Assembly (NCBI GenBank): GCA_965217895.1
Contig: CBDCJV010000002.1
Location: forward strand, 1,568,001-1,632,000
DNA: 64,000 bases
Source of the DNA: Waterburya sp.
GTDB lineage: Bacteria; Cyanobacteriota; Cyanobacteriia; Cyanobacteriales; Xenococcaceae
Direction of reading: 5' to 3'
Shown: piece after piece, positions 21,458 to 31,705 of the stretch
How the letters are laid out: every line of letters starts with the position of its first letter
How positions within the stretch are numbered: the first letter of the stretch is position 1
Made by a program: the position numbers and the translations under genes
The notes under the pieces: model-generated
Databases searched by the model: none
Seen by the model: only the letters and a program-made list of their open reading frames with translations
What the model was told of the DNA's origin: nothing

Positions 21458-21550
21458 GACTCGAAATTGATTTATACGTGCTTGATCCTAAATGTTGGAG
21501 AATAAAGAAAACTATAAGAAGCTTAGAGCTTAAAGCTGATAGCTAATAGC

Positions 21551-22504
21551 TTAATTAAATACAGGCTGTTCTAAATCAGCAAACAAAGGAGTACTAAGAT
21601 AACGTTCACCAAAGCTAGGCTGGATCATCACAATTAGTTTATCTTTGTTTTCAGGTCTTCGCGCTACTTTAACTGCTGCTGCTAGGGCTGCACCAGTGGA
21701 AATGCCTGATAACAATCCTTCTTCACGAGCCAAACGACGACCAAAATCAATTGTCTCATCGTCTGTAACCGTTATAACCTCATCAATTAAATCTAGTTTT
21801 AGCACTTCTGGGATAAACCCTGCGCCAATGCCCTGTATTTTGTGTGAACCTGGATTTCCTCCTGAAAGTACAGGGCTGCCTGTTGGTTCAACGGCGATCG
21901 CTTTTAGTTCGGGCCTATATCTTTTGAGAAGTTCTGCTATGCCTGTGATTGTTCCACCTGTACCAACTCCCGCCACGATTATATCCACCTTTCCATCTGT
22001 ATCCGCCCAGATTTCTTTGGCAGTGCTGCTTTTATGAACCTCAGGATTAGCAGGATTATTAAACTGTTGCAACATATAAGCATCAGCAAGACTATCACTT
22101 ATTTCCTGTGCTTTTCTAATACAGCCTCCCATTCCTTCAGTACCAGGGGTTAGTTCGAGCTGTGCGCCATAGGCTTTTAACATTGCCCGTCTTTCTTTGC
22201 TCATAGTTTCGGGCATAGTCAGAATTAGCTTGTATCCTTTAGCAGCAGCAGCCATGGCTAGGGCAATTCCTGTATTCCCAGATGTGGGTTCAACTAATAT
22301 TGTTTTGCCAGGAGTGATTGTCCCTGTAGCTTCAGCAGCATTGATCATATTGACCCCTATACGGTCTTTTACCGATGCTGCGGGGTTCATTCCCTCTAGC
22401 TTGACCACTATTTGAGCGACGCACCCTTCTGCTTGGGGAATACGATTAAGTTTTACTAAAGGAGTGTTACCAATCAACTCCGTAACGTCGTTCGCAATTT
22501 TCAT
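21551..22504 (-). CDS. cysK: Cysteine synthase A
   Basis: SVKDR PLP lysine, TSGNTG, GVGTGGT, HKIQGIG. Confidence 0.97.
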   Translation of the reverse strand: MKIANDVTELIGNTPLVKLNRIPQAEGCVAQIVVKLEGMNPAASVKDRIGVNMINAAEATGTITPGKTILVEPTSGNTGIALAMAAAAKGYKLILTMPETMSKERRAMLKAYGAQLELTPGTEGMGGCIRKAQEISDSLADAYMLQQFNNPANPEVHKSSTAKEIWADTDGKVDIIVAGVGTGGTITGIAELLKRYRPELKAIAVEPTGSPVLSGGNPGSHKIQGIGAGFIPEVLKLDLIDEVITVTDDETIDFGRRLAREEGLLSGISTGAALAAAVKVARRPENKDKLIVMIQPSFGERYLSTPLFADLEQPVFN

Positions 22505-22772
22505 GGGCGGGTAGCGAGGTAAAAATTAAAATTCTCTCTAATCTCTATTGTTACAAATTTCGTCAGTTAATTTATAAAAAAGCATTCTTCTAGTAACTTT
22601 CAGTAACCTTAAATAAAGTTCTTAAGGATTAATCTCATAATCTAATTTTAAGCAAACAAAATACATTAGCATAGCTTACAGTTTGTCCTCAAGAAAACAT
22701 GATATCTTATTAGCTAAATAGATGAATTTTTGTTACACTCGTTACAAAACCTCACACCCCTAAAAATAAATT

Positions 22773-23468
22773 ATGACTAATAAAAAAACTGTTATTTCTC
22801 CTTCAATTTTATCGGCAGATTTTAGCCGTTTAGGCGCAGAAATCGAAGCTGTAGACAAAGCTGGTGCAGACTGGATTCATATTGATGTTATGGACGGTAG
22901 ATTTGTACCTAACATTACTATTGGTCCAATGATTGTTAAAGCGGTTCGTCCTCACACTAAAAAGCCTTTGGACGTACATTTAATGATTGTTGAACCAGAA
23001 AAGTATGTCGAAGATTTTGCGAAAGCTGGTGCAGATATTATTTCCGTTCATGCAGAACACAACGCTTCGCCTCACCTACATCGCACGTTAGGACAAATTC
23101 GCGAACTAGGTAAGCAGGCAGGGGTAGTGTTAAATCCTGGAACTCCTTTGTCTTTTATTGAATATGTTCTTCCTCTTTGTGATTTAGTCTTAATCATGAG
23201 CGTCAATCCTGGTTTTGGTGGTCAAAGCTTTATTGAAGGAATGGTAGACAAAGTAGCCAGATTACGTCAAATGTGCGATGAAAAAGGCTTAGATCCTTGG
23301 ATCGAAGTTGACGGTGGACTAAAGCCTAATAATGCTTGGCAGGTTCTAGAAGCTGGTGCTAATGCGATTGTGGCAGGTTCTGCTGTATTTAAAACTCCTG
23401 ACTATGCTGAGGCTATCGAAGGTATTCGCAATAGTAAGCGTTCTCAGCCTGAATTTGCTACTGCTTAA
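22773..23468 (+). CDS. rpe: Ribulose-phosphate 3-epimerase
   Basis: [27 protein letters not shown]. Confidence 0.97.
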   Translation: MTNKKTVISPSILSADFSRLGAEIEAVDKAGADWIHIDVMDGRFVPNITIGPMIVKAVRPHTKKPLDVHLMIVEPEKYVEDFAKAGADIISVHAEHNASPHLHRTLGQIRELGKQAGVVLNPGTPLSFIEYVLPLCDLVLIMSVNPGFGGQSFIEGMVDKVARLRQMCDEKGLDPWIEVDGGLKPNNAWQVLEAGANAIVAGSAVFKTPDYAEAIEGIRNSKRSQPEFATA

Positions 23469-23489
23469 ATATTAAGTAAGTCGATCGAC

Positions 23490-23534
23490 AGAGGTTCACT
23501 ATTACTATTAAGACAAAAATGAACCTCTCTTTTT
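23490..23534 (+). terminator. Intrinsic terminator after rpe
   Basis: AGAGGTTCA...TGAACCTCT plus T-run. Confidence 0.65.
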
Positions 23535-23583
23535 GGCGATCGCCTTAACCTCGGCGGATATCGTCCATTGATAAGCAAATTTA

Positions 23584-24009
23584 ATGAGCAAAGTTGTCAT
23601 TGGGGTTATGGGTGCAGGGAATACAGCCACTCCACAAGATCTTGAACTAGCTTATCAGTTAGGTAAATCAGTTGCTAAACAAGGTTGGGTGCTGCTTACT
23701 GGAGGGAGAAAAGCAGGGGTAATGGATGCAGCAAGCCGCGGTGCAAAAGCTGCTGGGGGATTAGTAGTAGGAATTTTGCCGAGTAACAATACTTTAGGAA
23801 TGTCGGAGGCTGTAGATATTCCTATTGTCACGGATTTAGGTAATGGACGAAATAATATTAATGTCTTGTCTTCTAACGTCGTAATTGTCTGTGGTATGGG
23901 TTTAGGAACTGCATCAGAAGTAGCCTTGGCTTTAAAAAACCTTAAGCCAGTAATTTTATTAAGTCGAAATGAATTAGCCTATCAGTTTTTTGCTAAATTT
24001 ATGAACTGA
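23584..24009 (+). CDS. LOG/TIGR00725-family protein, probably C-terminally truncated by the adjacent island
   Basis: IGVMG, LLTGG, GVMDAASRGA, RNNINVLSS, GTASEVALA; ends abruptly, overlapping a convergent ORF. Confidence 0.8.
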   Translation: MSKVVIGVMGAGNTATPQDLELAYQLGKSVAKQGWVLLTGGRKAGVMDAASRGAKAAGGLVVGILPSNNTLGMSEAVDIPIVTDLGNGRNNINVLSSNVVIVCGMGLGTASEVALALKNLKPVILLSRNELAYQFFAKFMN

Positions 24010-24622
24010 TATCTAAAGTTATACCTTTTTTAACTTTTTCTTTTCCCACTCTACTGAGTATAGTAGGAGTTTCATAATTCCCGAACCATTTACCACCTCC
24101 ATCAATCATACGCTTGTCTCGCGCTTCAACAAGTTCGATTATCGAAAAAACTTCAAAATCGATAATGCGCGGAATAGCAGCATTAGATTGTTGGTCATCT
24201 GTTTCCATTTGATAAGCAATTAATAGAAGAACATCAAGTGCGGGATTAACGTTTTTTACAGTAACTTTTTGAGTAAGACGAGCAGATGGCTCTCTAGGGG
24301 TGGGAGGTTTCTTCATTTCGAGATTGGGATTGTCCACGTATAAAAGCTTTAGTTCTACTCTTTTGCCTGAAGAGTGTTCGTAATCAGGATATCCTTCTCG
24401 TTCACCCAAAATTCCCCTATGCTTTTCCAATCCTAATCCTTTAATACTAAGATGAGGAATAAGCGCATCCATTAAAGCACCAACAATTGTACCTATCTGA
24501 GATGGCTCAAAAGCTTTAATTGCAACTTTCGGTAATCTAAGACTGCGGAAACTTTGCCCTATGAGTGGCTCAAATTGTTTTTTCAACTCTACCAACTCAT
24601 TATCAGAAATACGACTACTCAC
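23999..24622 (-). CDS. Putative PD-(D/E)XK restriction endonuclease, possibly 3'-truncated
   Basis: GYPDY...RVELKL motif; GTG start overlaps the stop of the upstream XRE gene. Confidence 0.6.
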   Translation of the reverse strand: MSSRISDNELVELKKQFEPLIGQSFRSLRLPKVAIKAFEPSQIGTIVGALMDALIPHLSIKGLGLEKHRGILGEREGYPDYEHSSGKRVELKLLYVDNPNLEMKKPPTPREPSARLTQKVTVKNVNPALDVLLLIAYQMETDDQQSNAAIPRIIDFEVFSIIELVEARDKRMIDGGGKWFGNYETPTILSRVGKEKVKKGITLDISS

Positions 24623-24878
24623 ACTTATCTTCTTCTTTTTGAAATTGTTTGCTGATTTCAGGAGGAAGAATATTCTCTAAGCTAATTCCCAAGGCTATAC
24701 ACCATCTAAGAGCTTCAATTACATCAATTCGCCTTTCACAAGTTTCTACTTTGGAGATAAAAGTCTGAGCTTTGCCTAATTTCTCTCCAAGTTGACGTTG
24801 AGATAACTTTTGATTTTTTCTTGCGCTGCGAAGACGGGCAATAAACTCAATATACAAAGGATCGTGCGCTCCAGACAT
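24615..24878 (-). CDS. XRE-family HTH protein, probable R-M controller (C) protein
   Basis: LRSARKNQKLSQRQLGEKLGKAQTFISKVETCERR; 87 aa; coupled to the nuclease gene. Confidence 0.85.
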   Translation of the reverse strand: MSGAHDPLYIEFIARLRSARKNQKLSQRQLGEKLGKAQTFISKVETCERRIDVIEALRWCIALGISLENILPPEISKQFQKEEDKCE

Positions 24879-24888
24879 AATCTAAAAT

Positions 24889-24972
24889 ATGCCTATTTGG
24901 GGTAAGACTAGAGAATTCGAGATAAGTGAAAGTTTCTTAAAATTCCGTCTTCAAGAAAAAATTAATTTTTAA
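24889..24972 (+). pseudogene. Possible C-terminal remnant of a deleted N6-adenine methyltransferase (M subunit)
   Basis: 27-aa frame MPIWGKTREF-EISESFLKFRLQEKINF* ending 21 bp before the S-subunit gene; the tail resembles HsdM-like C-termini. Confidence 0.35.
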
Positions 24973-24993
24973 TATTTGTATTAAAGCATAGCA

Positions 24994-25656
24994 ATGGCAT
25001 TAATTTCGATTATATCCAACAAGCATTTGGTATCACCATTAATTCTAGCTCCAGAACGATATGACCCCCGAAGAAAACTTGAGATAAATAGGGAAGAAAT
25101 TATTGAACTTGGCGAAATTACTGTTTCTATTCGAGAGATGATTAAACCTTCAGACGACTTAGAAAAATGCTTAGTAATAGACACATCAGATGCAAGAGAA
25201 GGCATAATTATTGCCCGAAAGAAATTTGTTATAGGAAAAAAAATTGGTAGCACTAAAAAGAAGGTAACAAATGGTGATGTAATTGTCTCTAGGCTCAGAC
25301 CATACTTGCGCCAAGTAGCTTTTATAGATGAAGATATACCTAATACTAAAGATGTTCAAATATTGTGTTCCACAGAATTTTTTATTCTACGATCAATTGA
25401 CAATCAATCGATAGCATTTTTAGTTCCATTTATTCTCTCAGAAAAAGTTCAAAAAGTTCTAGCTGTTTCACAGGAAGGAGGTCATCATCCAAGATTTATT
25501 GAATCAACACTTCTTACTCTCCCCGTTCCTAAAAAGTTGCTTTCCCAGCGTGATGAAATATCTAAAATAGTTGTGTCAGGCATAAAATCATATCGTTTTT
25601 CGGAAAATGCTATACAAAATTCAATTGAGAAATCAGATCGAGCTTTTGAAAGCTAA
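24994..25656 (+). CDS. Single-TRD type I-like restriction-modification specificity (S) subunit
   Basis: GDVIVSRLRPYLRQVA, CSTEFFILR, GGHHPR...LLTLPVP; 220 aa, about half an HsdS. Confidence 0.8.
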   Translation: MALISIISNKHLVSPLILAPERYDPRRKLEINREEIIELGEITVSIREMIKPSDDLEKCLVIDTSDAREGIIIARKKFVIGKKIGSTKKKVTNGDVIVSRLRPYLRQVAFIDEDIPNTKDVQILCSTEFFILRSIDNQSIAFLVPFILSEKVQKVLAVSQEGGHHPRFIESTLLTLPVPKKLLSQRDEISKIVVSGIKSYRFSENAIQNSIEKSDRAFES

Positions 25657-25683
25657 TAGAGATAAGTAAAAAGAAGAGACAAG

Positions 25684-25948
25684 ATGGATAAACTTAAGTA
25701 TCAAATGATTATTCAGTGGAGTGATGAGGATAGTTGTTTTTTAGTTGCTTTACCAGATTTTCGCGAGTGACCCCGCGTCGTCCGAAGGCGCAAGGGAATG
25801 CGCTCGTGAAGGGCAACATTGGCGCACTCATGGGGATACTTATGAGGAAGCGGTAGTTAATGGCAAGGAAGCTTTAGAATCTTTGATTGTTTTTTATGAA
25901 GCCGATGGCGAACCTTTACCAAAACCTACCATTGCTACCGCTGCTTGA
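25684..25948 (+). pseudogene. hicB: HicB-family antitoxin interrupted by a ~46-nt hairpin insert
   Basis: MDKLKYQMIIQWSDEDSCFLVALPDF, then insert with TGA at 25768, then GQHWRTHGDTYEEAV...GEPLPKP in another frame. Confidence 0.85.
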
Positions 25949-26010
25949 GATTTAAAGGTTATCTCGCAATATGTTGAGAAAGACCAATTGCTTCTTACTT
26001 AAATTGGATA

Positions 26011-29000
26011 CTAAACAAATTCCGCATCATTTATTTCAGTCTTAGGTGTGAACTGAAGATAGAGACAGGGAACGATGATTAATGCCGTCAAGGTAGCAGC
26101 AATCAAGCCAAAAATAATGGCACTACTCAAGGGCATCCAAGAAGGATCGCTTAGTGCCAGAGGAATCAACCCGACGATAGTAGTAATACTGGTGGTTAGA
26201 ATGGGTCTAAGGCGATCGCTCACCCCAAAAGCAGCAGCCTCACGAACTTTCATTCCTTCTTTTTGATAGGCGTTCATGGTATCTACCATAACGATCGCAT
26301 CATTAACGACAATACCGACTAGGGCGATGATGCCGATAAATGCGGAGAAGGAGAAGGGAATCCAAGCCAGGAAGAAACCGCCCATCGTACCTATGAGTGC
26401 TAGAGGAATTGCCAACAGGATAATAAACGGCTGTCGGAATGAGCCAAGCTGTAGGACTAAGACAGCAAATACCAGGAAGATTGCCAAACCCAGTGCCTGA
26501 CCAGCCGAACCAAAGGTTTCAGCTTGTTCTGCTGTTTCCCCGCCAAAGCTATAGGTATAGCCAGAAGACCAGTTTTGCTGCATCTGTTTTAGCTGGGGTT
26601 CTAAATCGGCGAGAATTTCTCCTACGGTACGATTGACATTCTTTGACAAAACGGTAACGGTACGTTTGCCCCCACGGTGAGTTATAGAAAGCGGTGCTTG
26701 GTCTTGAACTGTATTGACTAACGAACCCGCAGGAATTATTTCTTCATCATTGTTAAAGAAGCGGATTAGTCTTAGCTCATCTCGTTGAGTAGGACCGCCG
26801 ACAGCACCATTACGCGATCGCCATGCGGTACTAAGCTTGATATCTAAGTCTTCCTGGTTGCCACCGAGGTTAAAGCTGCCTACTTCAGTAGCAGTCATAT
26901 AGTAGCGTGCCTGATTTGTTAGTTCTTCTTCAGTGATGCCATAGAAGTCTAGTGCTTCGCGTTTGGGTAATAGTTTTAAATCGGGCTGTAAGTCGCCTAA
27001 ATTATCGCGCACGTCGCTAGTGCCTGGAATCTGTCTCAAAGCCTGTTGTACTTGGTCAGATATGCTTCGTAGCTCGTTCATGTCACTACCTGCAATCTCA
27101 ATCTGAATTGGTTCGCCACTACCTGTAGAACTTTCAGAATTTAAGACCAAAGATGCCCCTGGATAGTTAGCTAGAACTGGGGTTAATTCGTTTCTAATTT
27201 CATCTAGATATTCGTAGGATAAGCGATCGCGTTCTTCTTCAGGAGTAAATACCACGGAAAAGCCAAGTAAATAACTGCCTTGATTGGGCTGTAGCTCTCC
27301 CGAACCAACCAGATTACTCTTTTGCCCGACATATTTGGTAACGCTGGTAAAAAAGTCTTTTTCTTGTAAAATACTGCCCAGTTCATCGGCTATCTGTTGG
27401 GATTTAACTAAGGTCGTAGTTGGGGGCATTTCTACGTTAATACTCAGCTTACGTCCATCCTGTTCGGGGAAAAAGGTTGTGGGAATTTGGGTAAATGCTA
27501 ATATCGCGACAACAAATAGAGCCAAAGCTCCCAAACTCCAGGCACGAGCCGTAGCTTTGTTACGGACTGTATAGTTTAAACTCCAGCGCGCAAAACGTTG
27601 GGATGCCGTTTCACTCAGGCGATCGATCTTGGATGGTTGATGATTACCCTTAACTTTTGCTAATAAGAAACGAGATAGGGGAATATCAATCAACAGGGCA
27701 ATGACAAAGCTTAAAATCAAACAGACGATCGCCGTAATTGGTAAGACGCGGATAAACTTACCCATTGTCCCGCCAATTGCCATCAAGGGAGTCATGGCTA
27801 AGATGGTGGTCAATTGTCCCGCAAAGGCTGCTGCTGCATAGGTGCGGACTGTTTTAAGTGCTGCTTGGTTAAAGGAAAGTCCAGATACAAAGATTGCTTC
27901 GTGCATCCCTTCCATCATCAGGATAAAGACATCAACTAAGATACCCAGTGCTAACACCATGCCAATTAGCACCATGTTATTTAAGGTTTGTCCGAGCAAC
28001 CACAGTACTGCTAACGTTCCCAAAAAGGTTAGGGGTATCGAGAGTCCAGCAATTAAGGCTTCACGCCAAGATAAGGCAATAAAGAGAATTACAAACACCG
28101 CTACCATTGCCTGTAGGGAATTGACAAACAGACTGCCAAGCTGATCCCAAATAATCTCTGAATCATCGGCAATGACCTGATATTCCAAACCGTAAGCCCA
28201 GTCATCAGGATTGGTTTTAGCTGCTTCAATCTCAGCGATCGCTTTTTCAATCACTTTAATTGAATCCTGTCCTGGTACTTTTTTGATTGCCACACTGACT
28301 ACAGGTTTATAGGCTTCTCCTTCCCAGCTAATAAATGCCCTGGTGTCTTCCTGTTCTAGTTCCTGACGGACTTGAGCAATTTCTCCTAAGCGAATTACCC
28401 GCCCATCTAAACGAGTTATGGGTAACTGCTCTAGCTCCTTGAGACTGCGGAATCGACCAAAAAACCTAACCTGAGTACCAATGGTGCTGCTTTCAATTTC
28501 ATCAAGGGGAGCATCACGGTTAGCAGTGCGAAGGCGATTAGCTACGGTAGTGGGTGAAATACCTAGAGATGCCAAACGACTCGGGTTTAGCTGGATTTGA
28601 ACCACGCGATCGCGACTCCCTCCCAATGTTACCTCTGTTACCCCAGCAACGCCTTCTAAACGATCCTGTAACCGCTCTGCTGACTGGTTGAGAACCGCTA
28701 GATCTAAATCGCCAAATAAAGCCACCGTTAAAATCGGCGCATCAGTTACCGAAACCTGCTGCACTACTGGCTGCTCTGCTTCTCTGGGTATTTCCGATTC
28801 GGCTTTGGATACCGCATCTCGTAAAAGCTGAATCGAGCGATTAACATCGGCATTGGAGTTAAATTCAACGCTAATCTGTGAATAACCGCTATAGGAAGCA
28901 CTTTTGAGAGTTTTCACTCCTTCGACGGATTTAATTTCTTTTTCCAGTTCGTTTGTTACCTGCTGTTCGATAGTTTCGGGGTCAGCACCACCCCAGGTAG

Positions 29001-29226
29001 TAGTTACGCTTGCTGTAGCAATATTTATATCGGGATTGGACTCTTTGACCATCGAGCCATAAGCCAGTAGTCCACCTACTACTAATAAAAGAGTTAATAA
29101 AATTCCAAATACGGTGCGGAGAAAGAAAAATCGGGCAAAGGGTGAGGCTTTGATAATTTTTGATTGAGGTTCGGGGGAATTAGAATTATGTCGTTCGTTG
29201 TTAGGAGAGGGTTCTATCTGACTCAT
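26011..29226 (-). CDS. RND efflux permease (AcrB/AcrD/AcrF superfamily)
   Basis: GADPETIEQQVT, RLRPILTTSITT, duplicated 1+5 TM layout. Confidence 0.93.
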   Translation of the reverse strand: MSQIEPSPNNERHNSNSPEPQSKIIKASPFARFFFLRTVFGILLTLLLVVGGLLAYGSMVKESNPDINIATASVTTTWGGADPETIEQQVTNELEKEIKSVEGVKTLKSASYSGYSQISVEFNSNADVNRSIQLLRDAVSKAESEIPREAEQPVVQQVSVTDAPILTVALFGDLDLAVLNQSAERLQDRLEGVAGVTEVTLGGSRDRVVQIQLNPSRLASLGISPTTVANRLRTANRDAPLDEIESSTIGTQVRFFGRFRSLKELEQLPITRLDGRVIRLGEIAQVRQELEQEDTRAFISWEGEAYKPVVSVAIKKVPGQDSIKVIEKAIAEIEAAKTNPDDWAYGLEYQVIADDSEIIWDQLGSLFVNSLQAMVAVFVILFIALSWREALIAGLSIPLTFLGTLAVLWLLGQTLNNMVLIGMVLALGILVDVFILMMEGMHEAIFVSGLSFNQAALKTVRTYAAAAFAGQLTTILAMTPLMAIGGTMGKFIRVLPITAIVCLILSFVIALLIDIPLSRFLLAKVKGNHQPSKIDRLSETASQRFARWSLNYTVRNKATARAWSLGALALFVVAILAFTQIPTTFFPEQDGRKLSINVEMPPTTTLVKSQQIADELGSILQEKDFFTSVTKYVGQKSNLVGSGELQPNQGSYLLGFSVVFTPEEERDRLSYEYLDEIRNELTPVLANYPGASLVLNSESSTGSGEPIQIEIAGSDMNELRSISDQVQQALRQIPGTSDVRDNLGDLQPDLKLLPKREALDFYGITEEELTNQARYYMTATEVGSFNLGGNQEDLDIKLSTAWRSRNGAVGGPTQRDELRLIRFFNNDEEIIPAGSLVNTVQDQAPLSITHRGGKRTVTVLSKNVNRTVGEILADLEPQLKQMQQNWSSGYTYSFGGETAEQAETFGSAGQALGLAIFLVFAVLVLQLGSFRQPFIILLAIPLALIGTMGGFFLAWIPFSFSAFIGIIALVGIVVNDAIVMVDTMNAYQKEGMKVREAAAFGVSDRLRPILTTSITTIVGLIPLALSDPSWMPLSSAIIFGLIAATLTALIIVPCLYLQFTPKTEINDAEFV

Positions 29227-30809
29227 TACTGTACCTCCCCATTGTTAAACTGATTCTGAGACTGCATAACTTTGACTGTCGCACCATCAACCAAACGGTT
29301 TTGTCCTTCTGTAACTAATAGTTCTCCTGGTGATACCCCTTCAATAATTTCTCGCTGGTTTAGTCCTTCGATGCCTAACTTCACCTGACGTTGTTCGACT
29401 TTGCCCGTTTCAGGATTAGCCACGAATACATAAGGATTGCGATCGCGAAACACTACCCCGTTGAGAGGAACTACCACCGCGTTATCTTTTTGCGCCACGG
29501 CAATCCAGAGAGTAACGTTAGATCCATGCAGTAGATTACCCGTGCCGATAGTCATTCTGGAGGTAACTTGAATTGCTCTGCCTCCAGGACTGACAGCAGG
29601 GTTAACCGCAAAGACTTTACCCTTAGTTTGCGCCGAATCAATTAAATCCTCGTTATCTAAATCGGCTCGAACATTATCATCAGGGGCAATAACTGTAGTT
29701 TGACCAGGGCGCACCTGTTCCCCAACAGAGGAGGAAAGATCGGCAGTAACTTCAAACTGGCTGGGGTCAATCACCACAATTGGCACTCTATCCAACAATC
29801 CTTGGTAATTACTTAATTGAGAAGAAACCGACTGAGTAGAATAGTATTCATTTTCACGGATATTTTTATAAGCGACGATGCCGTCAAAGGGAGCGTAGAG
29901 CTTTGTTCCTTCAAGAGCTATCTGTGCTTGGGCTAGCTGTGCCTGTGCTGTAGCAATTTTGGAATCCGATGCTCTTAGTCGATCTTGTGCAGCCTGTACC
30001 TGAGCATTAGCAGTACCTACCTGGGCTTCTGCTGAAATTATCTGAGCTTCTACCGACTGCACTTGAGCTTCCGCATTTAAAAGATCGTTACGGCGAGAGT
30101 CAATGTCACTGGCAGATAATGCACCCTGGTTAAAGATTTGCTGATAACGATTTAACTCCGACTGTGCCAGATTACGAGCAGCTTTAGCCTGATTCAATTG
30201 TGCCTGCATTTGTCCCACCTGGGCGCGGGCTTGAGCTACCTGAGACTGTGCCTGTGCTACTTCGGCTGCCGTTGCTGCCTTTTGCTCTCGCGCTTCGGTA
30301 ATGCCAGCCTGTGCCTTATTGACATCTGCCTGGAGTTCGCGATCGTCAATTTGTGCTAGGAGTTCACCTTTAGTTACGCGGTCGCCTTCTCTTAAATTAC
30401 GTCCATCGCGATCGGCTATATATGTTACTTCTCCATCCACATCAAAGGCTAAGTGCTTAAAACGAACTGCTCTTACAGTCCCCTCGCTAGCTACCCAGTT
30501 ACGAATCGGACTTTGCAGTGCTGCTACAGTACGGACATTTAGCGGGGCGGTTTTTGTTACTACCGCCTGTTCGCTATTTTTATCCCGAATCCGCATTACC
30601 GAAACTCCTCCAACAGCTAGAACTAAGCCGATTATGGGAATTAGCCACCAGAAGTTTTTAGTTTTCTTAGGTTCGGGCTGTTTATTGGGTTGGTCTATAG
30701 TCGATTCAGTTTCAGCTAAATCGCGATCGCTTGCGTTATCCGTTGAGGGTTCTAAATTGGTGAACCCCTCGGATGGTTCGGGGTTGAATGATGTATTAGA
30801 TAAGGACAT
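29226..30809 (-). CDS. RND efflux periplasmic adaptor
   Basis: TM anchor, coiled coil, LYAPFDG; 1-nt overlap with the permease start. Confidence 0.93.
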   Translation of the reverse strand: MSLSNTSFNPEPSEGFTNLEPSTDNASDRDLAETESTIDQPNKQPEPKKTKNFWWLIPIIGLVLAVGGVSVMRIRDKNSEQAVVTKTAPLNVRTVAALQSPIRNWVASEGTVRAVRFKHLAFDVDGEVTYIADRDGRNLREGDRVTKGELLAQIDDRELQADVNKAQAGITEAREQKAATAAEVAQAQSQVAQARAQVGQMQAQLNQAKAARNLAQSELNRYQQIFNQGALSASDIDSRRNDLLNAEAQVQSVEAQIISAEAQVGTANAQVQAAQDRLRASDSKIATAQAQLAQAQIALEGTKLYAPFDGIVAYKNIRENEYYSTQSVSSQLSNYQGLLDRVPIVVIDPSQFEVTADLSSSVGEQVRPGQTTVIAPDDNVRADLDNEDLIDSAQTKGKVFAVNPAVSPGGRAIQVTSRMTIGTGNLLHGSNVTLWIAVAQKDNAVVVPLNGVVFRDRNPYVFVANPETGKVEQRQVKLGIEGLNQREIIEGVSPGELLVTEGQNRLVDGATVKVMQSQNQFNNGEVQ

Positions 30810-30902
30810 GAATAAATAAAGGGGATAAAAGAATGGATAGTAAGAATTAAGTAATTAAAAAACACGGGGTTACTAGGTGCTAGAAGTAAACGAGATAGTT
30901 CT

Positions 30903-31619
30903 TTATTTGCTTGCAGAAGAAAGTTTTTTACCAGTTTTGGTTACAGCAGATTTGGGCTGATTAATTTTGCTGCCTAATCCGTGTTCGAGAATCTGAAATA
31001 AGTCATCATAGATTTGATTGATTGCTTTCATATCAATATCTTTATCGACTCCCTTTTCAGCTAGCTGTTTAGTATCTAAACCAAGTTGGGCAGGAATATA
31101 GTGTCTCAATCCTTCTCCCAAAGTATTGATGGCAAAAACTGCCATATCTAGATTGATATCATTGGCTACATCTCCCTGTTCGATACCGTTTTGAACCAAC
31201 TGCTTCATATACTCGTTAGATGATGCTTGAGTCATAGCTAAAACATCTTCGCGAAAAGGTATATCGCCATATACGGCACGATTGATAATTTGGCTTAATG
31301 CGGGATGAGTCAGGTCAAATTTAGTCCCTACATCGAATAACCAACGCAGATAGGGAAAGAAACCCATCTTAGGTTCGGGTAGTTTTGCCTGCTGCACAAA
31401 GGCTAATTTCTCTTTATTGGCTAAATCCACCAAATACAAATAAAGCTCTTTTTTGTCTTCAAAATACTGGTAGAAACTGCCTTTAGCTATTTTGGCTTGT
31501 TTAACAATCTTGGTAATCGAAGCATTTTGATAATCGTTATTAGCAAACTCGGCGATCGCCAAGTCGGTAATTGTCTGTCGCTTTTTATCTGGGAGATTGA
31601 AAAATGTTTGGTTTGGCAT
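30903..31619 (-). CDS. TetR/AcrR-family regulator
   Basis: MPNQTFFNLP...ASITKIVKQAKIAKGSFYQYFEDK. Confidence 0.95.
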   Translation of the reverse strand: MPNQTFFNLPDKKRQTITDLAIAEFANNDYQNASITKIVKQAKIAKGSFYQYFEDKKELYLYLVDLANKEKLAFVQQAKLPEPKMGFFPYLRWLFDVGTKFDLTHPALSQIINRAVYGDIPFREDVLAMTQASSNEYMKQLVQNGIEQGDVANDINLDMAVFAINTLGEGLRHYIPAQLGLDTKQLAEKGVDKDIDMKAINQIYDDLFQILEHGLGSKINQPKSAVTKTGKKLSSASK

Positions 31620-31643
31620 AGCAAAAAGCTATTGATTTATATT

Positions 31644-31705
31644 GTGACCTAACAGTCACGTGACCTAATAGTCATATAATGGCACGAAGATAACCTCACT
31701 GTCAA
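31644..31705 (-). promoter_or_regulatory. Sigma70-type promoter with two abutting TetR-type operators
   Basis: GTGACCTAACAGTCAC (31644-59) and GTGACCTAATAGTCAT (31660-75); minus-strand TTGACA (31705-31700), 18 bp, TGc-CATTAT. Confidence 0.75.

Noticed and set aside
25745..25948. 67-aa ORF from the track as an independent gene
   Set aside because: It is the out-of-frame 3' half of the interrupted hicB
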